A stretch of DNA of 64,000 nt. Origin: Schmidtea polychroa. Lineage: Eukaryota. Below, in pieces: positions 40,501 to 55,500 of this stretch. The number at the start of each line of letters is the position of its first letter. The stretch's first letter is position 1. Under the pieces are notes generated by a model. That model worked only from the letters and a program-made list of their open reading frames with translations. It was not told the DNA's origin and searched no databases. The translations under genes and the position numbers were made by a program. The stretch is taken from assembly GCA_044892525.1 (NCBI GenBank), contig CM097888.1:46810001-46874000 (forward strand), given 5' to 3'.

Positions 40501-43500
40501 CCTGTTCCGGCTGGTCCGGCTGGAGCTCCACTCATAAATAAATGCAAAGACTGTGTCAAGGTAATATAGCATCTGTCTGTTAGAGGTGTGATAACCAAAC
40601 GAGGAGTGTTTCCCAAATACTCGTGATAGTATAGAAACTCGGCATCGCAAATATTAACGAAGCAGTCTTTCTTCGCATCATCCCAACTATAATTTAATTA
40701 ACATAATTATGAATGAATTTTCTTCTGAAAGATTCCTAACCGATGTCGTAGTTGCGATAACCATGTAAAAGCTTCAGCATTTTCAACTTTTTGATTGATC
40801 AATTTTGCAACTACATCTCTGTTGTGTACATCTATTGTACAAATAGTCATGATTTTCTGCCGGTTTTCACCACTAAGATCTTTTACAAGCATTGTGATTA
40901 AGGCATTAAGGTTGTTGATCTAAATCAACTTTAAGTTAGTCATTATTTCTAAATTCATCATTAACCTGTTTCTTGTTGAAGTCTTTTAGTGCATTTTCAA
41001 ATCCTTCTTCTAGTCTTTGGAATGCAAGTTGTGTTTCACATGCCCAGCCGATTTGGGAATTTGATAAGGCAACTTGGGCTGGAAATTCGAATAACCATTG
41101 ATCGCGGGGTTTCTCTTCATAAACAGCTACAGCTTCCGACAAACGACATCTCATTGTACTTCTCTTATTTTTCAACAATTTTGTCAACCATTGTTCGACT
41201 CTACCTTCAAGTAAGACAGGCTCATGAAAATCAACTTTCTCTCCATCTTTACTGTACATAGTAATTGCTGTTTTTGTTTTGTCTTTTTTATCCTCTGGCT
41301 TGTCGTGATCAGAGAACTTCAATTTTGCCATACTATCAAACAGTTTTGTCAGATGTTTCATTACCTAAATTAAACTTTATGATGGAGAGTTATTCTAGTA
41401 ATAATTATTTACAATTTCTGGTTCATTTCCATGTGACAGAATGTCCAACAGATCATTATGAGAGACAAAATAGAATCTTGGAAATCCTAAACGTTTTGTT
41501 TCCATGTAATCCATTAATGCTTTTTCACATTCGCCTAATTGACTTTGGATAGTCTCTAGTCGTTCACTTAGACCATTTACACTGGTTGCTTCCACCACAT
41601 TTCTAGTGCCCGTAACCTAATTAATAAATATTACCAAGAAAAAGATGTCTAAATATTGAAAACAAGCAAAAATACACCATTGTGTGATCAAAGGTTAAAC
41701 ACAATTAATTTTATATTTATCTTTCGGTTTCACCTTTGATCTTTTTTTAATTCAATAATTTTCATATTAATATTTGTAAGCCTATAGATCAAAACTATAG
41801 ATATTTTGGTACAACCATTATCAAGTGTGTCTTTGTTATGGATATGTCAAGTAATTTTTAAATCAATTTGTGATATTTAATAAATTCATTGCGTTGTTTT
41901 AATAAACGATCAAATTTTTTAATGTTATAAATTTATATAAGCAAATAATCCAATGAGTTTTTAGTTTCAATATCGAAATGTGCAACCTCCAGCAGTGGGT
42001 CTGTGAAGAGAAATTTGATTTATTTATATTTTTTGACTTATTTTCAAAGTTTTGTAAACTTACATCATTCAAAAGGAGCTTAAAATCTTTATCAATACCA
42101 TCAAATCTCTGACTGGATTCTGGCAACTGAACTCGGATGTCCTCAGTTCCAATAAAAATAGATTCCAAACTCGCCCAAGATCGAGAAACTTCCATGTACA
42201 TGCTCAAGACCTGATCAGCAGTCGATAACTTATTCAGCCAGTCCTTCACTTCGGTTAGAAAGTAAGCATTATGCTTGGACATCAACAAATTCTGCAACTG
42301 GCTCTGATTATCCTCGAGGTTTTCCATTATTTCTTCATTTATTCTCAATAATGTAATTTGCGTTCTAAATATTTAAGTTTTTAATGTACTACTGACTTTA
42401 AACGAGTAGTGATTTAATATAATTTGTTTTACTACGATATGCCTGCGACAAAATAGAGAGATAAATTATGTAAATAAAATTCAGCGTTTTGATGAAATTT
42501 GTTAATTGTTATTCAGAATAATAATAATATACAATAAGCGCAATGTCAGGCAAAATTTGTCTGCCGGAATTGGCTTCGTGATTATTGTGTACGATTAGAC
42601 AAAACATCTTTGCAAACATTCGACGGATTAGTCAAAACCAGCAGTGAGTAAAAAGTTAAAACGGCTCTTTTGGAATTTTCTTTTGGAACATTTCAATTAT
42701 AGTTAGGGTCTGGTTTATATATTTTAGGCCCTAAGCTAAAAGATTGAGACCCCATCCACAGTTAGTTTAACTGTATAAAAAAGACAAGAATTTAGTTGCT
42801 TGAAGACTCAAGTATCAAAAACTCGTGATATATTTCGGAATGAAACAATCCTTTACAGTTTTAAATTGCAATAAGGTATCTATTTTTGTTTAATTATACC
42901 ATAGCTATTAAAAACTTAAAAGGTTTTCCCCCGAAAGCCATCCAAATATTGAACATAATCGTGACATCGTTCAAAAGAAATTATTAAGTGTTCAACATTT
43001 CTTTATCAAACCACTAAAAAGTAAATAAGCTATGCACAATATAAGTACTTACTCAACAAATAATTATTATAGGAAAGCGCCTCTGAAACATTCATTTCAC
43101 AATATATTTCGACATTTTTCCTATCATCATCAGGTAGGATATAATAACTGTATAATATATATATATATACAGTAGATTTCGCTTATAGAGAACTTGCTTA
43201 AAGAGAACAAAATCGGTTAAAGAGAATATTTTGGTTTAAAAACGGCATTTACCCCAATTTTTCAGTGTAAATGTTAAAGATGATCGGTTAGAGAGAACAT
43301 TTTTTTATTTATACAATTTAATTATTTTTGTTTTAAAAAGGTAATTGATTAAATGGTAACCTGATTAAAGGTTATTTGATTAATTGAAAATATTATTTTA
43401 CTTAAAAATTTTAGGCCATAATGAAATCAAGTTCTAGGACAATTTTAACACTCAAACAGAAATTTGAAATCATAGCACTTTTTGAGAAAGGAGAAAGCCA

Positions 43501-46500
43501 AGCATCATTGGCCAGAAAATATAAAATATCACCATCAATATCAAACATTTGTCACAAGAAAAGGGAAGAAATACTTGAGGCCTACAGTTCCAGGCCTTCA
43601 TCAACCAAGAAACTGAAACAATCTTTTTATGATGATTTAGATATTCAGTTAGAGGATTGGTATTTGCTGCAACGATCCAAAAAGATTTCCATTAACAGTG
43701 TATTACTTATTGAAAAGCTGATCAAATTGCCAAATACCTAAAGATTCAAGATTTTACTTGCACAATGAGTTGGATCCAACGTTTTAAAACTCGGCATTCT
43801 CTTGTTTTCGGATCTATTTCTGGAGATGTAAATAATGAGTTTGTGGCGTCGTGGCCTAAAAATGAGCGGCCGGAAATTAGGAAAGGTTATGGTAACAAAG
43901 ATATTTTTAATGCAGACTAAACGGGATTATTTTACAGGCTTTTACCAAATAAAACAATTAAGGTTAAAGGAGAAAGGTGCGTTGGAGGTCAGTTATCTAA
44001 GGATAGGATAACTTTGTTATTTTGTGCAAGTATGGAAGGTGAAAAATTGCCTCCATTAATAATTGGAAAATCAAAAAATCCCCGGTGTTTTAAAAATGTT
44101 GATATTACTTCCCTAAATTATAAAAACAATCAGAATGCATGGATGACGTCAATACTTTTTTCAAATTGGATTGTGTCATGGGATTCTAAATTAAGAAGTA
44201 TTGGAAGAAATATTATTTTATTAGTAGATAATTGTTCTTCCCATCCTCCGTTAGGTCAATCTTTAACAAATATTGATCTAATTTTTATGCCTCCAAATAC
44301 CACAAGTAAGTTACAGCCTTTAGATGCCGGGGTTATCAATGCTTTTAAGCAGTATTATAAAAAAGGAATTGTTACAAAAATAATTCATTTTTATGATTCT
44401 TATCCAGAAGAAAAATTTAAAGTAAGTATTCTTGATGCAATTAATATGGCTAAAACGGCTTGGTCAAAAGTTAGCTGTAATACTATAAAAAACTGTTTTA
44501 GGCATGCTGGTTTCGGCGAAGTGGTTGAAGGAATGGCAATAAATGAAATATTTTCATCTGATATAGAGGAATATTTTGAAAAGCAACACTCGTTTACTGA
44601 TTTTCTTAATGCTGAAGAAAATTTAGTAACAGAAAATGTCACTGAACAGGAAGTAGAATTAAATTTGTCGCTATCTGATACGTCAGATAATAATCAATGT
44701 GTTGAGCTTCCCAACATTCATAAAGCATTTGAGTGCATGCAACAAGTAGTTCTTTTTTATTCAAATCATGATAAAACTGGCCATTTACAAGAAAGTTTAA
44801 TAGCAATTGAATCAGATTTGGAGAAGATTTTACTCAAGAAAAAAACCAGGCAACGGAAAATAAGTGAGTTTATTTTCAAAAAATAAATGTGTTAGTTAGT
44901 AAAATTTTTTGAATATTTTTAAAATTATCCTTATTAAAAAGTATCGGTTATAGAGAACATTTTTTCAAGTCCCAAAAATGTTCTCTTTAAGCGGTATCTA
45001 AATGTATCGTAAAACGAAAGTTTGAGTAGCGCTTTCTTATAATTAAATCGTTGCCATGTTTGTCTAACTATTTATTCAATAAATTATTACTTTATCAAAT
45101 ATATATTGAAAACGATTATACTTAAATATGTAAAGGTAATGAAAAGGGTTTTTGTTTTTCTAAGATATTTTTGTTTGGAAAAGATATTTTATTGCGTCCG
45201 ATAATGTTGAATTTCGAAGCGTTATAAATTTTCTACTTTTGAAGAAAACTAGTAGCCAAGAAATTATTGTACAACAGCATAAAGTTTACAAGAGTTAGTG
45301 CCTTTGTAAAACAGCCATTTACAGCTAAATTCGTATTTTACAATTGAGTGCACCGGTGTTTTGATTTGGAGAACCCTGACAGACCTGTAGAAGTTGGAAA
45401 TGAGAAGAAAATCATCATGGCATACTATTGCATTGTAAACAAGAGACCTGACACAACGTATTAACATCTCCAAAGGTATGTTTCATAACTTTCTGAATGA
45501 AATGGACACCAGGAAATTGTGTTATCAGAAAAATTTGGAAATCTTTGAAAAGCTTGGTGATGGCTTTCTGAAACACATAATCGCGAAAAACGAGACACTT
45601 CTGAGCCAATACATACCTGTAACTAAACATGAATCTGCCGAATGGAAGATGCAAGATGAGGAATCATTACTGAAAATGAGAACTGACACATCTCACAAGA
45701 AATCTTTTGTGACATGAAAGGCTTTCTCAAGAGATTTAGCTGCATCAGATATCAAAATCAACAGCGACTATTATGTGCAACTGGTAATGGAAGCAAGAAG
45801 AAAGCAGCGGAAAATAGGAAACAATGAACACTGGCTATTGCATGACAATGTCTCAATCCGCACATCTCACGTGACAACAGCAACAATTGACTCATGTCCC
45901 TCACTTATTATACAGTCTCGACTTCACTCATAGTAATTTTAACCTCTTCCAACAACTGAAGAAGGATTTTTAAGGGAAACTCTTTGATTGTGCCAGTGAC
46001 TGGCCGCTGCATATCACGAATTTGGTGACTTCATATCCCAAATCCTTTTATTAAAAAGCCATGTGGGTTTTGTTGAGCTTACATTGAAAAATAAACCATT
46101 CTATGCTGCTAGTTTGTTATTGAAAATTTGAATAAAATCGGGTGCCTTTTTCTTGTCGAGTCTAAGTACTTAGTGTGCTCACTACGTATGCTATGAAAAA
46201 TCGGCAGGAATTCGACAACATTTGATTGCCAAAAGTGAATTTCATTTCCTCTTTCTACCGGTGTAGCATGGTGGATTATTTGTTGTATCGGTTTGTTAAA
46301 GAAGAATTCCTTTATACTTAATTTATACCCCAGAAGATAAATAAATGTCTTTAGCAGAATAGAAACCTTAGATGAAATTCAGTAGAATTCATTCGACAAT
46401 GGTATTTGATGCTTAGGGATACTGGACTGCGGTTGAGGAATGTTGGAAATAAAATTATCCAAAGTAAATACTAGCATTTATAATAATTTGACTGAAAATA

Positions 46501-49500
46501 CCCTAACATATAAGTTTGAAGTAATCCCATAACAAAGCTTCAAGTCCGTTTCCTAAATCAAAGCACGTTATTTGCTTAGTTATTAATTATTACTAAAAGT
46601 TATCAAAGTGTCTTACCTTGAATGGACTTCGTGTTCTAGTTCCATTGTGCTCCAAGTCACCTGAAGAGTATTCAATGTATCTTCCATAACTTTTTCTTTG
46701 TTAGCCTGTTCTAAGATATTGCTGACCTCATCCTCGAATCGATGCAACTTTAATGAGAGTAAATCCGCCAAAGTCACATTTTCATTCATCTGAAAATGAA
46801 CTCCTGTGGCTCTCATCAATTGAGCCCAATGTCGATCTCTAATAGTCGGATCACTCAGCATTGCCACAGCGTGCAGACTGCTCATCATATTCTTTACTTC
46901 CAATTCTGAACCGATAAAAGCATTCCACTGTCTCACAATGCTTTCCATTGCTCGAAGATCCTTAAGAGGATTTAACATAGAAATAACTATGAGGTTCTGG
47001 AATCGGTTTTACTTTGGCAAATTTTTTGCAATTCATATCCATTTTGTCGACATCAACTTGTTTCCAAGGGGTTGTTTGCCAATCGGTAATGCTGAATTTA
47101 ATGGTGTGGATTATATCCCAAAGGTTTTTTAATAGGGACAAATCTCGTCTTGCTAGTTTCAATTGCTTGAATTCAGCAATTTTGAAATCGAACAATTTTC
47201 CCGCCTCCAAAAGTCCAGATGCTTCTAGTTCCAATTCATAAAGGTGCTTGTGAAACTGAAAGCATTTGGTAAATAAAGGTTTGAATGATTTTTGTATTTT
47301 ACTTTGTCTATTTGATTATAAGGATTAGGACAGTTGTATTCGAATGCGTTCATAGCTTTCATGGATTCTTTTATTTCTAGTTGCTTGGATTCGAATTCAG
47401 TAGATTGGTTTCTAATTCTTGATACTTCACTCGTTTTCAAAGGTTCAATGGCTTGACGGACAGTAACGGATATTTTCTTCGTGTTATTCCATTTTTCGGG
47501 AAGTTCCTGTTTGTTCGAAGATGATTAACATAAAAGAACTGATATATGAACTCGTTTTACTTCCATTTGAACGTACACGTTCGGTGGAATATCTTGGTTG
47601 TAAGTTTTCAAGATATCTATGATCTTTTGAAGTGGTTCAAACATTTGATCGTACATTGATTGGCGTTCATTTTGTGCTTGAATGTACCCCATGACTAGAA
47701 CAAGTCCATGATAATCATTTTCCTTTAATTCGTAAGATAATCCTTTGTCGGTGGTTTTAATGAAATTTTCCAAATCGTTTAAACTGACATAATAAAGAAA
47801 TAAATTGTTTTAATGAGTGTCAATTTCTATCCAAACCTGTTAATAACTTGATCAACCAAATGTTTTTTAAACATTAAGCTCCATCTTTTAACTGTGTTTA
47901 AAAGAGCTTCTTTGAATGGTCGAACGTCGAGTTTCAGCCAGCTATTAAATATTGCATTGCTTTCAGTTTCACTGGACAACGTTTCAAACAATTGTTCAAA
48001 ACTATTTATCTTAACATATTGTACTAAAATTTAGATAAACTTTAAAGGGTATCTACTTGTTCTTTGTATTGTTCTAATGAAGGTGGGTTTTCTTCAATGC
48101 CCTCTAGTAGTTCTTCAACAGATACTTGTCGACCATATGTTAGAAATTGTCTCAAAAACTCATCCGTATCATGAGTCCATAAGTAGGAGTAAGATGCGAA
48201 TTTGTCTTTATACTGACAGGCTAATGTCATAGACGGTGCAATATGGTCATTTAATAAGCGGTTTCTGAGTTCATTAAGGTTCTCTAATACTTCTAGTTCA
48301 GCCTAAATTAATAGTTAATTACTCTTTTGTATTTTCAAATTAAATTTTCTTATGCTTAGGCTGAAACAGCTGCCCTTTATTGTGTAGGACAGACTGTCCG
48401 TTTTATTTAATTTATTTTATAACTACTATTGTATATTGTAGTATTTTGTGTAAACTACAATGATCCGCGTAATGAAATTTACCAGAGGTCGGCAATTCAA
48501 ATGCACTATAGTGCCACAAAATAGGTAATAAAAAGTACTGACCACTCCGCGTGCTACTGGAGTAAAACTAGAAATCTATATTAAGACAATTTTATTTTAT
48601 GATAAAATACACACTACATAAAAACATCATCGCAAATGACTTAAAATGACAGTTTCATATAAATTCTGTCGCACGATTCCAGCCATACATATATTTTTAC
48701 TGATTTACAGTAAGGAGAAGATGAAAGTACTAAAATTTTCATAAACCTTCATTTTCAAAGTGTATTACCAAAGAACCTTTCACTTTCCATACGTTGCCTA
48801 CCGCTGGTATATAAAATCTTAACTTTCCATCTGTGATATTTCGAATATATAGTAAAAAGTATTTGTAGTCAATATCTGCATTAATGTCAAAATTACAAAT
48901 GCTAAGTAGTTTGAATATTAAAAAGTAAATTAAGTGGATTTGAATTTTGGTATTTTAATAAATTGTCATGGAAGAATACTTACAACTACGTTGCATGTGA
49001 TTTTTAGGGCACGCCATTTTTGTATTGAATCTGCTATAATCAGACAAATTGTATGACACACTTGTGCCAATTTTTTTGCAGTTGCATAGAAAGTATTTGA
49101 GCACTCCAAATAATGTACTTATTTCTAAGGTATGGATCGGTCGGAATCTAGATTATATTAATAAAATATAAAAAAACAAATTTATTATTAGAATTGAAAT
49201 ATCTGATATCAAACGGAATTTGGATATAAGATATTTTAATTCTAAGAATAAATTTGTTTTTTATATTTCATTAATATAATCCGTATAACTAGTAAAAATA
49301 GTAAATATAAAATCTGCTTTATTCCTAAAATCATTCCTAAAAAAATTCTACTTGATTTCCCGATACAAAAAACTGACAGAATTATAATATTATCCAAAAG
49401 ACCTTTTCAAACCATTGATAAAATATTTTATTTTTTTTGTTCTACATTGATTTGGTTTTCTTTTCTTTTAACATTTCATTTATTTTCATTACAAGCATAA

Positions 49501-52500
49501 ATTAAAAATTCGTGTTAGACAAGAAAACAAATCTGATCTTTAGTCGTTTTTCAAGCACTAATAAATTAATTAATAATTAAATAAATAATCTTTGACCTGG
49601 TGTTGGGAATCTCTTAATACAAACTGTTAAAAATAAAAAAAGCAGATGGTACGTCAACAAAAATAAAGGATTAGTAAAAATAATTGAAAAAATTCATCAA
49701 AGAATTGAAGATTATATTATTGAAAATAAATGCAAAGAAGTGATTTTTGAGGAGATTAGAAAAATATTTAATATTAAGAGAGAAACAGACAAAAGATATT
49801 TTTCAGTTGCTATAAGGACCTAAATCCAAAAGGAATTTACTTGAATGGAAATATTTTATAGAATATTTATATTAAAAAAGGTATTTTGTGACTTTTTAAT
49901 TTTTTATAATAATTTATAAATTTAATTATTCATAATAAATATAAATATTTGTTTATTAAAATTCTATATTTATGTTATTATAAGAACTTTTTATAATTTT
50001 CACCACTGATTTCTTTTCAATTAACATTGTTTTTATGTTATTTATAATAATATCATTCACACTCAATATATACTAAGGAACATGCAATTATTAATTGAGG
50101 CCCTGGAAGATTTTATTTCGTAGGTCCCCGAAAGTTCTATTGGAATTTGCCATTGTATTTTCATAAACGATGAAATTTCAAAATTAATTACAAAGAAAAT
50201 AAAAATAACTCCACGAACGCTACACTTTGAGGTGTATCAATAGTATAAATGTATCAAATGTGCTTTGTTACATTATTAAATATTAAATATGTTTAATTAT
50301 AGATATATATTAATTATATATAAATTATATGGGATTATGTAATTATTTAAAATTAGTTGCTGAAAACATTTTGTGGACGCAAATTGATTTTTTTAGTTCT
50401 GACACTTTTGTATAACTTTGCCGAACATCCCGCTCCCGTTTGTTATTCTGTGAATTTTCTTTCGAAAAGAGGCGCATTATTTTTAGTAGCCCACAGGGGC
50501 CGAATTTCTTAAGCCTGTTAAGAAATGATATAATGAAATCCTTTGCTGATAAAATTTGAAACTTACAGCAAGTGCTTGCTATATTACATCCGGTTTCGTT
50601 CTATTGAATTTTTGTAGTGTGTGTGTGTTCAATTGTCATACACCACAACCCAATAGAATTTATTTGTTTCGAGGTCATTTTATCAAACCATTTTACTTTG
50701 ATATTTTTAATTTATTTTTATTTAATTATTTAAATAACTTAATATTTATTTGTAAAAAATATTTCTAATGTAAGCATTCATCTTAGATATGGAATTATAA
50801 TAAAACTTGAATGAAGTAAGAAAATTATTATTAGTTAATATTAAAAAAAATATCATTGTGATGTCTATTATTTTAGAAAGAAATTTTAAGAGCAAACTTT
50901 GTTTGGGTGCTATCGAACACAATGATATTTCTGTGGTTCGAGAAAATTTATTTCTCGGATCAATTTAGAATCTTATAATAAAAGCGTTATCCAGAGTAAC
51001 AAGATTTTCAATACATGTGAAAGTTGGTGTGCTACTTATAATTAAAATTTATTGATTTTTCTTATTTAGAGAAAACTGGATGTATTTAATAATTATAAAA
51101 TAACAATTGTTATCTCATTTGCTGTTTATCTGTTTTTATTTGTTGCTAACATATACTATATTTGTACACCTGGTTTCACTGGATAATATTTTCTATAATT
51201 AAAAAAAAATTTATATTATAGGTAACACACTAACTTAGTTGTGTGTTGAAAATTTTATTGGATTTGATTACACCTTTATTAAAGGATTTTTCCTTGGTCA
51301 GAGAGATAATTTTTCTATCACAACAAAATTCCTACCACAATAATGATCAAAAAAATCGTTGTATTCGATAGCACCCAAATAAAGTTTTTTATTGAAAAAT
51401 TCTTTTTTTAAATAATGAATTATGAAGTTTCTTTTAATTATAAAATTTTTTTAAATATTAATAAATAATAAACTTACTTAATTCATATTTTCATGTAAAA
51501 ATAATAGCTTAAAAGCATTTTTAAATATTATAAGAACTTCTTTTATTTTATTTTTATTTAAAGCCTTAAACTCAAAGACTTTTATTTTTGCGCCTGTTCC
51601 TTGTAGTGTAGCATGATTCACACATATTAAACCATGTACGGATATGTTGTAAAATGTACATCTATTTATGTCGTAATTTAAGAAATATGCATCTATAGTC
51701 GTGATGATAATAAATTAAATATTAAAAAAAATAAAGGCGGATAAAGGATGAAAAAACTAAGAAATATAAAAAAAATTAACTTGATAATCAGCAGAATTCA
51801 TTTCATCTGGAATGAATCTTTTTATGTATTTGCCTTGCCGGAAAATGTCTGCAAGTATTGAGTCAAACAAATCATAAAGATTTTCAGATTGTTCCATTTG
51901 CAAAGACGGAACAAATTTCACTTCCGGTAACTGAGAGGCAACAGAGATTAGAAAAATCTCAAAAAAACTATACCAAACCTGTAATTCCATTCGACAAATG
52001 AAAAACGGTGGATTCGTTTCTTTATTTTCGGTTTCTTCGAGCAAATAATTCAAATCTTTTTCAATTAATCTATTGAGACCATCAACTACAATTTCATTAA
52101 TTCTTTCTAGATATATATCCCAGGATTCTTTCATGTGATTTCCTTGTAAAAGTTCGCAATTTTCCTGAAAATATTTACCTAAATGTTTTCAATAGAAAAT
52201 AATATTCAAATTTTAAGTACGAAAAAAAATGATAGAGGAAATTCTAAAAAATTTTCATTGAAATCTCAAAAGTGGAACTTTTATTTCGGAACAAATATGA
52301 AAGTTCTGGGAATTAAATTGAATAATATTGTGTTTTTTGTACAAGATTGACTTATACAAAATTATCTCGATTTTTTCAAAATTTCTGCAAACAAAACCCA
52401 GACGTTAAGTGCGTCCATTCATTGCAGCGCTAAAAATTAACACACAGGTAAATTTGTGTGTTTATATAATATAAACTTATTGATTTTTTAAACATTATAG

Positions 52501-55500
52501 ATGCCTTTATTCATTGCAAACAAGTGTAGTAAAGCTTCAAGTAGGAAGCGCTTAACCATGTACAAACCGGTTTTTGTAAGCAGATACGTTTGTAATTTTA
52601 CATAGTTTGTTTTGTATTTATTGCTTGTAATATATATTTTGTGCTTTGCTGTTTAATTCGCTTAGTAGCTATGTATGAATCTTGTATGAACATGTATATT
52701 TGTATCTAGAAGGAAAGTTCTTGACATATATTTACTTGATAGAAATTGACAAAATAAATTAAACATTTTAATTTTCTTATATAACACATAAAATAAATAT
52801 ATATTTTGATAAAGGACATGTCATATATATTTGCATGCAAGACAAAAAAAATTGAAACTATGAAGTGCACTTTTTCACTTGCTACGCTGCATTCTTTTAT
52901 GATCTTTTATTGGTCTCTATTGGTTGGGATTAAAAGAGACGAATTTAATAGAATAGCCTTAAGTGGAAATTTCAAAACCTGAAAGCCATGTAAATAAAAG
53001 AGATAAAAGAGGACAGAGATACAATGAATTATTTATAATATCGAACGTGGAATATTTCCTATCCCATTATTTGTTTACAATTGAGATTAATGTAACAAAT
53101 GAATTGAATAATATTTGCCCATTAATATCATATCCTACAATCTATTTATAAGAATAATTATAAAATCCTCTAAAAATTTGAATAAAACATTTATAATTTG
53201 GCATCGCATATGTAAAAGGTTGCATGTAAAAGTGATGTTTACGTGTTTTGTAAAAATTTAGAAAAATATAACACGAATTTTCATAAAGCCGATTTTTCAT
53301 GAGAAATAAATTACAGAAAAAGCAGTCGTGACCTATTTGATATTATGGAAATTTTCCGATACCAGTTATCGGAATAAGGAATTAAATAGGGTGCCTATAG
53401 GAAGGTGAAATTTAAAAATACAAACTAATTAATTAATTAATTTAAAAATTTCTATCGGATTAATGAAGAAAGAAAAACTCGATATTGATAAGTAAATGAT
53501 TAACAAAGTTAGCGGATATATTAAAGGAATTATGATGTGAAATCAGGCAATTTTTCTTAGGAAGACGATTGGTTGGGAAACCCGAGCAAAGGTTAAGCAG
53601 GAATTTATTTATTTATCAAAGAAGTAAACTTGAATTTAAACAGAAAATTGTGAAATTCTAACTTTATTTTTGTCTGAACTTACATTTTTTATTTACAAGT
53701 TAACCTTCCTAAGCCCGGTTCAAATTTTTACCCCAATACTTTTTCACTGTGCTATTGCTAGTTAAAATGTTTTAAGTTATTTTAACGTATAAAAATAAAA
53801 TATATTCTATGAAACACAAATATATTACAGAAACAAGTGTTTACAAAATGGACATTACTTATATTCTTACATATAATGTAACACATTACTTATCACAAGT
53901 TTTACATATTATAATGAAATTTACATATTACAGTATATGTATACATTTTTTATTATAAGAACTTTTTTCAATTTTCACCACTGATGAATTTTCAATTGAC
54001 ATTGTATTTATTAAAAAGCTTTACTATGAATCAGTAAATACATCGATGTTTTTTTATATATTTAGTCAAGCTATTTAATAAATACATTTCTTAATTATTA
54101 TTTAAATAATTTTAAATATTATTGCATAACCATATGTATTCACGGATTCCCCCCTTTTTTGGCACCTTTGTGCTAAGCACAGTTAGTATAATGGATAATA
54201 GGCAGAGCTGGATTTACTCTTGAAGGAGCCCAAGGCTAAAAATCTTATGGGGTCCTTTTATAATTTTTTTTAACAAAAAAGGTTATTTTGTTTTCTGCTG
54301 TTATATAGTGAAAATGATAGTTTAATTTCGAAAATAATATTACATTTAATCATATATAAAAGATATAAACATGAAGTACAATTCATAAATAAAAAAACAT
54401 TAATTTAGAAACATTTTCTTCTAGATTTTTTATCTGCAAAATCTTCAACGGCAACTTTAGAAAGGTATTATATTAAATATAATTAAATACTTCTTTACTT
54501 ATATTACATAAATATAATAATCTTCAAATAATTAAAAGATGTAATAAGTTTTTATAATAATAATACAAAATTTTGGGCCCCAACCAGTCTAGCCTTAGAC
54601 TTTAGCTTTGTCAACCTAGGGGTAAATCCAGGCCTGATTATAAGGGTTTGGGTACATATGATTTGGTTTACAACCGGTGAAATTTATTTCCGGAGCAGCC
54701 ATAGTGCGTCCCCACAATTTGTTTCTTTTAATCTCTCATTAGAGTCGCTATTTATAATACTAAAAGATTGAAATATTAATTTTTTAAAAGATGTCGATTT
54801 TTTTTAATATTGATTTGTAAAAATTTTAAATTTAATTCAATTAAATAATTTTTGAAAAAATACCTAAAAAAATTATGAAATTAATAAAATATCTAAAAAA
54901 ATTAATATCTAAAAATAAATTAAAATATAATTAAAAAAAATTTAGATCAAAAATTAAATAAAGAAAATATTAACATATTAAAGAAAATAAATTCAGAACT
55001 CGAATCTGAATTTGTCAGTCCCTGTATAATCGCTGCATAATTTGACTTCGGGTACACCAATTGAAGTTTTCACCCTACTTAGAAATAATATGGAAGGAAC
55101 GGTTCAAAGGAGAAGAAGATGGAGAAGACATGGAAATGAAGCAAGAATCACATCTTCGGGTGAATCTAGAAGACCGAGAGCTATAAAGTGCGGTAATTGC
55201 AATGAAATTGGTCATAATCGTCGAACCTGTCCCATGCAGATAAAAAAATTAACTAATTTTTAATTCTTCATTTATTTTCTTTATTTTGACGTGTTTTATA
55301 TTTTCTTTAATATTATTTTAATTTATTTTTAGATGTTAATTTCTTTAAGAATTATGTAAATTTAAAATTTTTTTAAGTAATTTTTTAATTTTGAAATTAT
55401 TTTTAGGTATTTTTTTAAAAAAGCCAAAAAAAAAATTTCAAATTTTTATATGTAAAAAAAAATAATAATTTCGATGTCAAATATTTGATAAATCACAACT

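Noticed and set aside
48483-48806. hAT element with TIRs CAGAGGTCGGCAA / TTGCCTACCGCTG
   Set aside because: The flanking 8-mers do not match as a TSD and the boundaries are ambiguous.
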